Notes under the pieces: model-generated
Databases searched by the model: none
Seen by the model: the letters and a program-made list of their open reading frames with translations, nothing else
What the model was told of the DNA's origin: nothing
Part shown: positions 40,389 to 50,351 of the stretch, one piece after another
Layout: each line of letters opens with the position of its first letter
How positions within the stretch are numbered: the stretch's first letter is position 1
Translations under genes and position numbers: made by a program
Origin: Phytoplasma sp.
GTDB lineage: Bacteria > Bacillota_I > Bacilli_A > Acholeplasmatales > Acholeplasmataceae
NCBI GenBank assembly: GCA_012519065.1
Contig: JAAYQV010000131.1
Span: forward strand, 1 to 62,817
DNA length: 62,817 nt
Reading direction: 5' to 3'

Positions 40389-41822
40389 TTATTTAATCAT
40401 ATTTTCTAATGCTTTTTCCATGCCATCTTTTAGAATAGATTCAACTGATTGAGTAACAAATTCAACCACAGGTTGAGTACTTAAATAGTCAGTTTCCCAA
40501 AACGATAAGCTAAGAACTTCTTTTACTATGTGAGAAACATCATTAGTTGCCCATAGTTTTTCAAATAACTCAATGAATTTAGGATCATCATTTAAAGGAA
40601 TTTTATTTCCTTTTAAATCTATGCCACGGTAGAAAACAATGTTTGCTGCTAAACTAAATAATGAATGCGCTGCAAATTTGCCTTGTTTGTTTAAATCTAA
40701 GACCGTTGGTAAAATTCTAGATTTGTACTTGCTAATAGAGTTTAGAGCTATTGATAATAGCAAATGATGAACAAATGGGTTTGAGTATCTTTCAATCACG
40801 CTATATGCAAAAGCATGAGTATCTGCTTGTGGCAACGCTATGGTTGGAACAACTTCATCGTAAATGAATCCTCTAACAAACTTAGAAACTCTTGAGTCCT
40901 CCATAGATTCTTTTACTGCTTCGATACCTAGTAAATAACTTACTGGTACTAAGGCAGTATGTGATCCATTTAAAATTTTTACTTTTTGTTCTTTATATGG
41001 AACAATACTTTCGACAAACTGAACATTAAGTCCAGATTTTTCAAAAGGTAATTTTTCTTTTAGAGTGCTAGGTCCTTGTAAGACGAATAAATGAAAGATT
41101 TCGCCTTTAACAATAGAGTTATCTGAATAACCTAACTCTTCTTCTAAAGTTTTGATTTCATCTTTTGGATATCCCGGAACAATTCTATCTACTAATGTGT
41201 TGTAGTAGTTATTGTTATTTTCCAACCAATAGATGAAGTCTTCATCAAATTGATTAAATTTAGCTAATTTTATTAAAATTTCTTTTAAGGTATCACCGTT
41301 GTGATCAATAAGTTCACAAGGAACGATTTCTAACCCTTTAGAATGATCTCCATTAAAGTGGTCATATCTTTCTTTTAATAAAAGTAATAGTTTCCCTGGA
41401 AAACTGTTTGGTGTTTGATTTTTATTTAAAATTTCTGCTTCATAAACAATGCCAGCTTCTGTAGTATTAGAAATGATTATTTCTAATTCTTCAGACTTAG
41501 CATAGTCTAAATATTTTTCTAATTCTTCATAAGGATTAACAAAGTCAGCTAAAACATCAATGATTTGATGTTGTTTAACTATTTGTTCATTTTGAACCCC
41601 TTGTAATAGTAACGTATACAATCCATCTTGTTGTTTGAGTTCTTCAACTCTTCCAAATGGCATTGGTTGAACAACAACAACATCTTTATTAATCAATTTT
41701 TGATCATTTAGCTTTTGGATAAAGTCATCTACAAATGCTCTTAAAAAATTTCCTTCTCCAAATTGCATAATTGAAATTGGTCTTTCTTTTTTAACATGAA
41801 TTTCTTTATTTAACTTTTTCAC
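40389..41822 (-). CDS. uxaB: Tagaturonate reductase (altronate oxidoreductase)
   Basis: QFGEGNFLRAF, SNTTEAGI, PCELI, LVDRIVPG, ILNGSHT; GTG start. Confidence 0.96.
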   Translation of the reverse strand: MKKLNKEIHVKKERPISIMQFGEGNFLRAFVDDFIQKLNDQKLINKDVVVVQPMPFGRVEELKQQDGLYTLLLQGVQNEQIVKQHQIIDVLADFVNPYEELEKYLDYAKSEELEIIISNTTEAGIVYEAEILNKNQTPNSFPGKLLLLLKERYDHFNGDHSKGLEIVPCELIDHNGDTLKEILIKLAKFNQFDEDFIYWLENNNNYYNTLVDRIVPGYPKDEIKTLEEELGYSDNSIVKGEIFHLFVLQGPSTLKEKLPFEKSGLNVQFVESIVPYKEQKVKILNGSHTALVPVSYLLGIEAVKESMEDSRVSKFVRGFIYDEVVPTIALPQADTHAFAYSVIERYSNPFVHHLLLSIALNSISKYKSRILPTVLDLNKQGKFAAHSLFSLAANIVFYRGIDLKGNKIPLNDDPKFIELFEKLWATNDVSHIVKEVLSLSFWETDYLSTQPVVEFVTQSVESILKDGMEKALENMIK

Positions 41823-41840
41823 AATAACCCTCTTTTTCTC

Positions 41841-41921
41841 CGTGTATTATCTTATCGTCTATTATGTAGGACGCTGTTTTCACTTCGTCTATATTCTACT
41901 CTTTTTTGTACATTTTGTCAA
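41841..41921 (-). promoter_or_regulatory. Sigma-A promoter of uxaBAC with repeated CGT(C/G)TA(T)TAT motifs (candidate IclR operators)
   Basis: TTGACA-17-TAGAAT (41921-41893); motifs at 41841, 41856 and 41886; imperfect palindrome CGTCTATTATGTAGGACG at 41856-41873. Confidence 0.7.
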
Positions 41922-41926
41922 CGGTT

Positions 41927-43351
41927 TCATAAACTTAGTCCCTCATAGCCATAATGCTTAATTTTATGGTTGAAAATTAAGTATAAAACGATGGTGATGA
42001 TCATCGTAACTGTGTTACTTATAAACATAGTTAATCCTACAAATTCATATTGATGTGCCACAAATTGTGAAAACCAACTAACATTTAAAAAGATAAACAG
42101 AACAGGTAGTCTAAAAACAAATAATCTAATGACGTTTACAAAAAATGAAACAGATGTTTTTCTAAATGCAATAAATAAACTTGTAATTAAACTGATCATA
42201 GTTGATGTTAAAAGCGAGTATTTTTCCCACTTAAACATGTATTTAATCATCTGAAACTGTTCTAAAGTTAGTTCTTCACCCGGTTTGCTAGAGCTAAATA
42301 AAGGGATAAGATAGTCTTGTGCAAGAACTAATATAATAAGTCCGATAACTGAGATAACTGTTGCATAGACAACAGATATTTTAAACGTATTCATAGCTCT
42401 TTTTAAATTTTTATTTCCTAAGTTCTGCGAAATAACACTAACTTCTGATTCTTCAAATGAATTTACAAGTGCACTAAACCCTCCATGAAGATTCATCGCT
42501 ATACCAAGGGCTCCTACTGCATAAGGATGCGTTTGTAGCGCTAAGCCGTTGATTGCAACTTTACCTGCACTAAATAGGAATCTTCCAAAAAAGATTGGAA
42601 CTGATAGTTTAACTATTGGCATAACATACATTTTTTTTAATTTCATTTCTGAAAATTTTATTCTAAAAATATTTGTTTTATTAAACATGACAAGAACAGC
42701 AATGATAGTTAAAAGGCCTTGGGCAATTAAAGTAGCCATCGCTAAATCAGTCACCGTTCCATCAAATAAGTATACATACACGATTGATAGTGTTAATTTA
42801 ACTATCATAACTATTAAATTCAACATTAAAATGATTTTAGTGTTTCCTTTAGCTTTTTCCAAACCAATAAAAACACTATTAATGGCTATTAGTGTTGTTG
42901 ATAACATTTGAATATTATAATAATCAAGACCATCTGTAATGATCTGATCAGTTGCTCCTGTAGCTTTTAATATCATTGGGCCGAATCCAACAGTTATTAT
43001 AGCCACCAAGCCACTAATTAATAGGGATAAAATAAAGGTTGAACCTGCGTTTTTTCTTGCCTCCTCGATATCTCCAGCCCCGTAGTATCTAGCGACAACT
43101 ACGGTTCCTGCAGAAGCAATCGCCACACCAAAAGCGCTAATTGCAGATTTTATCTGATCGATAAATACGACCACATTCACTTGGCTACTACCGATATTAG
43201 CAACTAATATCATATCTATAAATGTATATAAATAATTAAATAAGTTGTAAATTGCTAGGGGAACCGCCAAGATCATGATGGTTTTCCATAAGTTCCCCTC
43301 TAATATCGCTGTTCTTCTTTTACTGTCTTTAACTGATAACTGTGGTTGCAT
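41927..43351 (-). CDS. MATE family efflux transporter
   Basis: ILEGNLWKTIMILAVP, D..LVA, ARYYGAGD, ISQNLG; about 12 TM. Confidence 0.92.
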   Translation of the reverse strand: MQPQLSVKDSKRRTAILEGNLWKTIMILAVPLAIYNLFNYLYTFIDMILVANIGSSQVNVVVFIDQIKSAISAFGVAIASAGTVVVARYYGAGDIEEARKNAGSTFILSLLISGLVAIITVGFGPMILKATGATDQIITDGLDYYNIQMLSTTLIAINSVFIGLEKAKGNTKIILMLNLIVMIVKLTLSIVYVYLFDGTVTDLAMATLIAQGLLTIIAVLVMFNKTNIFRIKFSEMKLKKMYVMPIVKLSVPIFFGRFLFSAGKVAINGLALQTHPYAVGALGIAMNLHGGFSALVNSFEESEVSVISQNLGNKNLKRAMNTFKISVVYATVISVIGLIILVLAQDYLIPLFSSSKPGEELTLEQFQMIKYMFKWEKYSLLTSTMISLITSLFIAFRKTSVSFFVNVIRLFVFRLPVLFIFLNVSWFSQFVAHQYEFVGLTMFISNTVTMIITIVLYLIFNHKIKHYGYEGLSL

Positions 43352-43382
43352 TTTATTTCATATCTCTTTCATATTTTATATT

Positions 43383-44222
43383 TTAAGCTGCGATCGGGTT
43401 ATTATCAGGGTCTGTATAAACTCTTCTTCCTTTGTTTAACTGATTGATTTTAATTACGTCTTCTGTTGATAACTCTACATTCAATGCTTCAAAATTTTCT
43501 TTTAATCTATGTTCTTTAACTGATTTTGGAATCATAAATACCTCTCTTTGAATTCCCCAGGCAACAATAACTTGAGCAATGCTTGCTTGATGTTTTTCAG
43601 CAATTTCTGTCAATACACTTGCATACGGTTCTTCAAAGACTTGCCCTTTCATTAAAGGTCCATAACTTGTGATAGCTATATTTTCTGATGCTAAATATTT
43701 TTGTAGTGGTATTTGATTTAGTCCTGGGTGTAACTCTACTTGATTCATCATTGGTTTAATTTCAGCAGTTTTCAATAACTCTTCTAAATGATGTTTTTGG
43801 AAGTTAGAAACACCAATGGCTCTTATTTTTTTAGCTTTGTATTTTTCTTCTAAAAATTTCCAAGTGATTTCATTAACTTTAGGATCATGAGATGGCCAGT
43901 GAATTAACATTAAGTCTATATAATCTGTTTGTAAGTTATCTAAACTTTCTTTGAATGTCGCCTCTAACTGTTCTATATCTCCCATAGCTTTAGATTTAAT
44001 TTTACTTGTGATAAAAATCTCTTTTCTATCTATACCACTTTGAGAAATTGCTTCTCCGATTCCATGCTCATTTTGATACATATACGCTGTATCAATATGT
44101 CTGTATCCGATTTTTAAAGCTTTAAGAACCGTTTCTGTCACAGATGTACCATCTTCAATTAAAAACGTCCCTAACCCGATAACTGGCATTTCTACGCCGT
44201 TTGATAATTTACGATATTTCAT
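43383..44222 (-). CDS. Aldo/keto reductase (YtbE/DkgA-like)
   Basis: MPVIGLGT, GYRHIDTA.MY.NE, LIHWP, IGVSNF, IPKS. Confidence 0.93.
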   Translation of the reverse strand: MKYRKLSNGVEMPVIGLGTFLIEDGTSVTETVLKALKIGYRHIDTAYMYQNEHGIGEAISQSGIDRKEIFITSKIKSKAMGDIEQLEATFKESLDNLQTDYIDLMLIHWPSHDPKVNEITWKFLEEKYKAKKIRAIGVSNFQKHHLEELLKTAEIKPMMNQVELHPGLNQIPLQKYLASENIAITSYGPLMKGQVFEEPYASVLTEIAEKHQASIAQVIVAWGIQREVFMIPKSVKEHRLKENFEALNVELSTEDVIKINQLNKGRRVYTDPDNNPIAA

Positions 44223-45286
44223 TTGTTTTCCTCCTTAATTAAATCTATTTTTTCATTATTTATATTTTTTAAAACTGTAAATAACATTTTTCTAGCATTT
44301 TCTAAATCTTCTGTGTCCATCATTGCTATTGTTGAGTGAATGTATCTGGATGGTAGACCAATAGTGGTTGCTAAAACACCTTCATTTAAATCTAGCGCCT
44401 TAGCTGCATCTGTACCACCCATTGAAACAAAATGTTGATACTTAATTTTATTTTTCTCAGCTAAATCGATGAAATATTTCATCAATCCTTTATGCATAAT
44501 ATTTCTTGGGTCATACATTCTTAAAAGAAATCCTTTTCCTAAAGCAGCCATACTTGTTGAGTCAAGCAAATCATTAACAGGTGATGCATCTAACGCAATG
44601 AAAACGTCTGGGTTAAATAAATTAACAGCTGTTTCTGCTCCTCTTAACCCAACCTCTTCTTGAACTGTGGCACCGATGATTAAATGGTATGGTAATTCTA
44701 TATCATTAAACTTCTTAATCGCCTCTAATGCCAACCCACAACCAAATCTATTATCAATAGCTTTAGACATTACTCTTTTCTGATTATGTGTATATGAAAA
44801 TTGATTTTCAAACAACACCATATCGCCCAGTTTAATCCCCCAAGATAATACTTCTTCTCGAGACTCTGCTCCGACATCTAACCTTAATTCACTGATGTCA
44901 TTTTTTTGTTCTTTCTTTAGATGTGGAGGGATTGAGCCAATAATCCCTTTAATTACTTTATGATCTTGTGTATATACATTCATCACTTGAGAAACAAATA
45001 CCTCTCCTGTTAAACCACCAATATTTTGAAGCACTATTAACCCGTTTTCTAATATTTTTGCAACAACAAGTCCTACTTCATCCATATGACCTGCTACCAT
45101 CACGGTTTTTGCATCTGGATTTTTAGATTTTTTAATGGCAAATAATGAGCCTAAGTTATCTTGCTTCATCTCATAATTAGAACCATTCTTTTCTATGTAT
45201 GATTTCATGTAATTCCTAACGTTGTGCTCGTGCCCACTTATGCCCGCTAAATTCATCAAATCCTTATAAATTTTATTCATAATCAT
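44219..45286 (-). CDS. M42 family (glutamyl) aminopeptidase
   Basis: AGHMDEVG, KAIDNR, QEEVGLRGA, GGTDA, RYIH. Confidence 0.94.
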   Translation of the reverse strand: MIMNKIYKDLMNLAGISGHEHNVRNYMKSYIEKNGSNYEMKQDNLGSLFAIKKSKNPDAKTVMVAGHMDEVGLVVAKILENGLIVLQNIGGLTGEVFVSQVMNVYTQDHKVIKGIIGSIPPHLKKEQKNDISELRLDVGAESREEVLSWGIKLGDMVLFENQFSYTHNQKRVMSKAIDNRFGCGLALEAIKKFNDIELPYHLIIGATVQEEVGLRGAETAVNLFNPDVFIALDASPVNDLLDSTSMAALGKGFLLRMYDPRNIMHKGLMKYFIDLAEKNKIKYQHFVSMGGTDAAKALDLNEGVLATTIGLPSRYIHSTIAMMDTEDLENARKMLFTVLKNINNEKIDLIKEENK

Positions 45287-45888
45287 TCCACCTTCATTTT
45301 TGCGACCAATTGATAAATTGGCCCTGTTTTTCTTTTTTTTATTTCATATTCTGTCATGTATGAACTCTCTGATAAGTTTCTATCTTCAGAGACTATGTCA
45401 AACACTTCCTCAATATACTCAATACTATCATTAAATAAATCTAAGTGATCTGTCCTTAGTTGTATTCTACCATCTTTTTTTAAAAGTTGTTGGTACTTAG
45501 ATAAATATGTTGAATATGTTAGTCTTCTTTTATGGTGTCTTGCCTTTGGCCAAGGATCTATAAAATTTAGAAAAATATGGTCAATAGACTCTTTTTTGAA
45601 AAAAATCTCTAAATTTTCAGCATCCCCCAATATGATTTCTAAGTTATCTAACTTCATTTCATTTTTCTTTTGAGCGATTCTATAGCAGACACTATCTATT
45701 TTTTCTATGGCAACAAATTGAATCTCTGGATGGTCTTTAGCAAGATTTGTTATGAAGTGTCCCTTACCACTCCCAACTTCAACATATAATTGATGATTAT
45801 TCTTAAGGTTTAAAGCTGTTATATCCGTTTTTACACCCATTTGTTGTAGATACTCGGCATCAACGCCCTTAATTCGTTTTTGTCTCAT
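45283..45888 (-). CDS. trmB: tRNA (guanine-N7)-methyltransferase
   Basis: EVGSGKG, NFIDPWPKARHHKRRL, RTD, MTEYE; start at 45888 chosen from the AGGAG RBS. Confidence 0.95.
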   Translation of the reverse strand: MRQKRIKGVDAEYLQQMGVKTDITALNLKNNHQLYVEVGSGKGHFITNLAKDHPEIQFVAIEKIDSVCYRIAQKKNEMKLDNLEIILGDAENLEIFFKKESIDHIFLNFIDPWPKARHHKRRLTYSTYLSKYQQLLKKDGRIQLRTDHLDLFNDSIEYIEEVFDIVSEDRNLSESSYMTEYEIKKRKTGPIYQLVAKMKVE

Positions 45889-46762
45889 TTTTTTCTCCTT
45901 TTGTAAAAAGTCTTGCAATCCATATACCTAGTGGAATTAAAGCACATCCAATAAGCCAAGAAAGCCAAGTTTCTTTAAAATTAAAGATATTATTCTCACT
46001 CATTTCAATATTTAAACTATAGACGATATTAATTGGCGATGCAATGATAATACCTAAAATGAATTGATAAAAGTACTCTGGTATTTTTTTTAATAAAACT
46101 GATATAAGTTTAGCTAAAATGATTGCTGAAATGATTAAACCTAACGCAATGAAGACAATACTCCAAAATTCGTTATATAAAACTGAAAAATCAAATACGA
46201 TCAAACTTTTTATTAAATCATTAACCAACGCTAGCATTGGTTTATAATAACCAATCATCAGTAAAATCATGGTCCCACTGAGTCCAGGAATAATAAAACT
46301 AGTTGTAATTAAAAAACCAACAATAAACCACATGAAATAGTTAGTGCTTGTTGTTGTAAGGCCACCTAGTTGTTCTAAAAAGATGACTGATATCATGATA
46401 ATAAAACCAGAAACTGTAACCAATATATTTTTAAGTTTCATTTCTTTGTATTTAGCATAAAATAAAATCTCTGGAATACCACCTAATATAAGACCAATAA
46501 ACAGTAAGGTTGATGGTATTGGAATATACTCAAATATCTTCATAACACCTAAAAAAGCAATAATAAGACCAATAAATATACCTAATAAATACTCCCATAT
46601 ACTCAAAAAAGCCTTAATCGGGTGTCTAGTTACCTGATTTAAAGCTTCTATTAATGGTTTGTAAATATTAAAAGAGGCAGCAATCATTCCTCCACTAACA
46701 CCGGGTAAGATTGCACCAATACCTATTAGAACGCTTCTAATAATTTTTATAAATCTACTCAT
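45869..46762 (-). CDS. DUF368 family membrane protein (polyprenyl-phosphate translocase family)
   Basis: Duplicated re-entrant motifs LPGVSGG and IPGLSGT in a multi-TM protein. Confidence 0.88.
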   Translation of the reverse strand: MSRFIKIIRSVLIGIGAILPGVSGGMIAASFNIYKPLIEALNQVTRHPIKAFLSIWEYLLGIFIGLIIAFLGVMKIFEYIPIPSTLLFIGLILGGIPEILFYAKYKEMKLKNILVTVSGFIIMISVIFLEQLGGLTTTSTNYFMWFIVGFLITTSFIIPGLSGTMILLMIGYYKPMLALVNDLIKSLIVFDFSVLYNEFWSIVFIALGLIISAIILAKLISVLLKKIPEYFYQFILGIIIASPINIVYSLNIEMSENNIFNFKETWLSWLIGCALIPLGIWIARLFTKGEKNETKTN

Positions 46763-47030
46763 CTAAGGCTCTTCCAAGTCCCTCTGATACAATAAAATCT
46801 ACTAATGCGTTAATCGCCTCTTGAGCATCAGGCCCTTCTGCGCTTACTATAATTTCTTCGCCATTGTAAATACCTAAGGACATAACGCCCATGATAGATT
46901 TTAAGTTAACGGTTCTATTCATGGCTGTAAGCATGATTTCTGATTGAAAGCCCATCGCTTCATTTACCAATCTTGTGGCAGGTCTAGCATGCAACCCATA
47001 TTCTGCTGTGATCAAAAATTTCTGTTTCAT
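46755..47030 (-). CDS. ptsH: PTS phosphocarrier HPr
   Basis: GLHARPA (His15 site) and NLKSIMGVM (Ser46 site). Confidence 0.97.
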   Translation of the reverse strand: MKQKFLITAEYGLHARPATRLVNEAMGFQSEIMLTAMNRTVNLKSIMGVMSLGIYNGEEIIVSAEGPDAQEAINALVDFIVSEGLGRALDE

Positions 47031-47401
47031 TTAAGCCCCTCGTTTCTTATTTCATCTATTTTTTTTAATATAAATTCTGGAGAGTATTTTACCAATACCT
47101 TTATCTCCTTGCCAACAACAAAAGCTGGTGTATCTATTTTTTTAAAATCTTCTGGTTGAATGATTCTAGTGTCTTTTAATAAGACTTTAAGTCTTTTGTT
47201 TTCTAAACTTGTTTGTATGATATTTTCTTTAGTTCCTAAAGCTTGGTATAATGCAAAAACGTATTCATCATCGATAATGACTTCTTTTTTTTTCGATTTT
47301 GCTTGTTTTTTTAGATAGATAATCAACCCTATTAATAAGATTAAAAAAACGGATGCTCCCGCAATTGAATATAATTGAATTTGGCTTAACAATGTGAGCA
47401 T
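47027..47401 (-). CDS. Single-TM protein with a degenerate glucose-family PTS EIIB-like domain
   Basis: ALGTKENI...NKRLKV.LKD resembles the EIIB pattern LGG.ENI....C.TRLR but lacks the Cys. Confidence 0.65.
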   Translation of the reverse strand: MLTLLSQIQLYSIAGASVFLILLIGLIIYLKKQAKSKKKEVIIDDEYVFALYQALGTKENIIQTSLENKRLKVLLKDTRIIQPEDFKKIDTPAFVVGKEIKVLVKYSPEFILKKIDEIRNEGLK

Positions 47402-47423
47402 ACTAACACCTTCCTTATGTTAT

Positions 47424-47481
47424 ATTATAGTTGCTTTATCTTAAAAATTCAATCCTATATCTTAACAACTTGTGATATAAT
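47424..47481. promoter_or_regulatory. Divergent promoters for the EIIB-like/ptsH operon and uppP
   Basis: Minus strand TTGAAT-17-TATAAT (47452-47424); plus strand extended -10 TGATATAAT (47473-47481). Confidence 0.7.
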
Positions 47482-47498
47482 ACTTTCAGGTGATTATT

Positions 47499-48323
47499 TT
47501 GATAGATATTATAAAATATATTATATTAGGGATTATTCAAGGAATCAGTGAAATTTTTCCTGTTTCCAGTAGTGGACATTTAACTATTTTTGCACATATT
47601 TTAAAGATTGACACTTCAAATTTAACTATTTTTTTAATGATAACTAATGCTGGATCTTTCTTAGCTTTACTTTTCTTTTTTAGAAAAGATATTTTATCTT
47701 TGATTGTTAGTTCTTGGAATTTTATTTTCCGTAGAAAAAAACTTTCTGAAGAGCAATATTTAAGTGAGAAAATAGAGTTTCATTATGTTTTAAAGTTGTT
47801 AATTGCCGCTGTTCCAATCGGTATTGCAGGTTTACTTATAAAAGATTATCTACCTGATAACTTATTTTTCGTTGGTACTGCATTATTAGCAACAGGTGTC
47901 TTACTGTCAATTGTTTTCTATTTTAGAAATCAAAAATTTGCTAATGAAGTCACTTGGAAAAACGCTATGGTCATTGGCTTATTTCAAACACTTGCTGTTT
48001 TTCCTGGTATTTCAAGAAGTGGAATCACCATTGTTGGTGGACTTAGTCAAAAAGTTAATTTAAAAGATGCCTTACGCTTTTCGTTCTTATGTTATATCAT
48101 TATCTCTGTTCCAGTAACTTTATTGGGTATCTATGATGCTTTAAATGCTAGCGAAGAAATTCATGTCATTGGCTATTCATTAGCTTTCATCTTTAGCTTT
48201 ATTGCAACTTTTATTTCGGTTAAATTTATTTATAAATATGTTAAAGTTAAAAACTTAATTCATTTTGCGATTTATTGCTTAATTATAGGATCTGTAGCAA
48301 TCACTCTACACTTCTTTATTTAA
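47499..48323 (+). CDS. uppP: Undecaprenyl-diphosphate phosphatase
   Basis: LGIIQGISEIFPVSSSGHL and PGISRSG; TTG start after AGGTGA (the ORF is open from GTG at 47490). Confidence 0.93.
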   Translation: MIDIIKYIILGIIQGISEIFPVSSSGHLTIFAHILKIDTSNLTIFLMITNAGSFLALLFFFRKDILSLIVSSWNFIFRRKKLSEEQYLSEKIEFHYVLKLLIAAVPIGIAGLLIKDYLPDNLFFVGTALLATGVLLSIVFYFRNQKFANEVTWKNAMVIGLFQTLAVFPGISRSGITIVGGLSQKVNLKDALRFSFLCYIIISVPVTLLGIYDALNASEEIHVIGYSLAFIFSFIATFISVKFIYKYVKVKNLIHFAIYCLIIGSVAITLHFFI

Positions 48324-49338
48324 TTAGCATTGAATCTCCAAAAGAGAAAAAACGATATTCATTGCTTACAGCTTCACTGTAAGCTTTTTTTATGTTTTCT
48401 TGATCATAAAAGGCACTAATCAACATCATTAAAGTTGATTTTGGCAAATGAAAGTTGGTAATAAGTTTATTAACAACTTTAAACTTATATCCCGGATAAA
48501 TAAAGATGTTTGTTTCAAATACTCCGGGATGAAATTGGTTTTCTTTAAAGTTACTTTCTAAAGTTCTGACGGTTGTTGTCCCTACTGCAACTATTTTTTT
48601 ATGTTCTTTAACAGCTTGATTTAATGCTTTAACTGAACTTTCTGTTAATATATATTGCTCATAATGCATTTTATGATTTGTCACATCAGAAACAGAAACG
48701 GGTCTAAATGTCCCTAATCCGACATGAAGTGTGATTGGGATGATTTTAATTCCTTTTTCTTCTATCTGTTTTAAAAGTTCTTGTGTGAAATGAAGTCCTG
48801 CCGTTGGTGCGGCTGCACTACCTAGGTTTTCTGCATATACCGTTTGATATCTGCTTTGGTCTTTTAGTTTTTCAGTAATATAAGGTGGTAACGGCATTGT
48901 TCCAAGTTTTTCTAATATTTCTACTAAAACGCCTTGATAAAGTAGTTTAAACGTTGCTAATCCATCTTCCATTTTGTTGGTACATACCATTTTTAAAAGT
49001 CCATCCCCAAAATAAACTTCTGTACCAATTTTAATTCTTTTAGCAGGTTTAACCAACGTTTCCCAATGATCTTTTTCTTTTTCTTTTAACAACAGTATTT
49101 CAATGGCTGCATGAGTATCTCTTTTTATACCCAATAATCTTGCTGGTAATACTTTAGTATCATTTAAAACCAAAACATCGTCTTTATCTAAATAGTCTAT
49201 GATGTTAAAAAACTGTTTATGTTCTATGGTTTGACTGTTTTTATCTAATACCATCAATCTTGAATTATCTCTTTTTTCGCTAGGATGTTGAGCAATTAGT
49301 TTTTCTGGTAAGTAAAAATCAAAATCTTCTGTTTTCAT
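48316..49338 (-). CDS. queA: S-adenosylmethionine:tRNA ribosyltransferase-isomerase
   Basis: LIAQHP, PLPPYI, YQTVYA, AAPTAGLHFT, TNFHLPKSTL, YRFFSFGD. Confidence 0.98.
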   Translation of the reverse strand: MKTEDFDFYLPEKLIAQHPSEKRDNSRLMVLDKNSQTIEHKQFFNIIDYLDKDDVLVLNDTKVLPARLLGIKRDTHAAIEILLLKEKEKDHWETLVKPAKRIKIGTEVYFGDGLLKMVCTNKMEDGLATFKLLYQGVLVEILEKLGTMPLPPYITEKLKDQSRYQTVYAENLGSAAAPTAGLHFTQELLKQIEEKGIKIIPITLHVGLGTFRPVSVSDVTNHKMHYEQYILTESSVKALNQAVKEHKKIVAVGTTTVRTLESNFKENQFHPGVFETNIFIYPGYKFKVVNKLITNFHLPKSTLMMLISAFYDQENIKKAYSEAVSNEYRFFSFGDSMLIK

Positions 49339-50345
49339 TATTCAAACATTCCTTTATAATATTTAATGCCAAAAAGCTCATAGGCTTTTTCAGTAGCTAC
49401 ACGCCCTCTAGGCGTTCTTTTTATATAGCCTTCTTGTAATAAGAAAGGTTCATATACATCTTCTATGGTTGTTGTTTCCTCACCAATGGTTGCTGCTATA
49501 TTTTCGATACCAACAGGTCCCCCGTTAAATTTTTCAATCAAACCTTTTAAGTAAGCATAATCTGCTCCGTCTAGTCCCCTTTGATCGATATTTAATTTTT
49601 CTAAGGCATGATTGGTAATATCTAATGTGATAACACCATCTTCAAAAATTTCTGCAAAGTCTCTGACTCTTCTAAACAATCTGTTAGCAATCCTTGGCGT
49701 CCCTCTACTTCTTCTCGCTAATTCTGATACAGCTTTTTCTTCTATTTTATGATTATAAACCTCAGAGGTTCTTCTTACAATCATTTCTAAATCGTTTTGC
49801 GTGTAATATTCTAGTTTAAAAACAACACCAAATCTATCTCTTAGTGGTGCAGATAAATCTCCAAATCTTGTGGTTGCTCCTATAAGTGTAAATGGCGGTA
49901 AATCAATTCGAATGGATCTAGATTCTCCATCTTTACCAATAATGATATCTAAAACATAATCTTCCATTGCCGAGTATAATACTTCTTCTACGAAGCGGGG
50001 TAATCGATGAATTTCATCAATAAATAATACATCACCTGGGTTTAAACTACTTAAAATAGCAGCTAAATCTCCGCTTCTTTCTATGGCTGGCCCACTGGTA
50101 ACCTTAATGTTAACATCTAATTCATTGGCAATTATTTGTGCTAAGGTAGTCTTTCCTAAACCTGGTGGCCCATAAAGTAAAATATGATCTAGAGCCTCAT
50201 CTCTTTTTTTGCTTGCTTTAATATAGACTTCAAGCACTTCTTTAATATCTGATTGCCCTATATATTGACTTAAGTACTTAGGTCTTAAAGTTTGCTCTTC
50301 ATCTTCTAAAAATACATCAGTGCTCATTATTCTTTCATCTTTCAT
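49338..50345 (-). CDS. ruvB: Holliday junction helicase RuvB
   Basis: [35 protein letters not shown]. Confidence 0.99.
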   Translation of the reverse strand: MKDERIMSTDVFLEDEEQTLRPKYLSQYIGQSDIKEVLEVYIKASKKRDEALDHILLYGPPGLGKTTLAQIIANELDVNIKVTSGPAIERSGDLAAILSSLNPGDVLFIDEIHRLPRFVEEVLYSAMEDYVLDIIIGKDGESRSIRIDLPPFTLIGATTRFGDLSAPLRDRFGVVFKLEYYTQNDLEMIVRRTSEVYNHKIEEKAVSELARRSRGTPRIANRLFRRVRDFAEIFEDGVITLDITNHALEKLNIDQRGLDGADYAYLKGLIEKFNGGPVGIENIAATIGEETTTIEDVYEPFLLQEGYIKRTPRGRVATEKAYELFGIKYYKGMFE

Positions 50346-50351
50346 TTAAAC

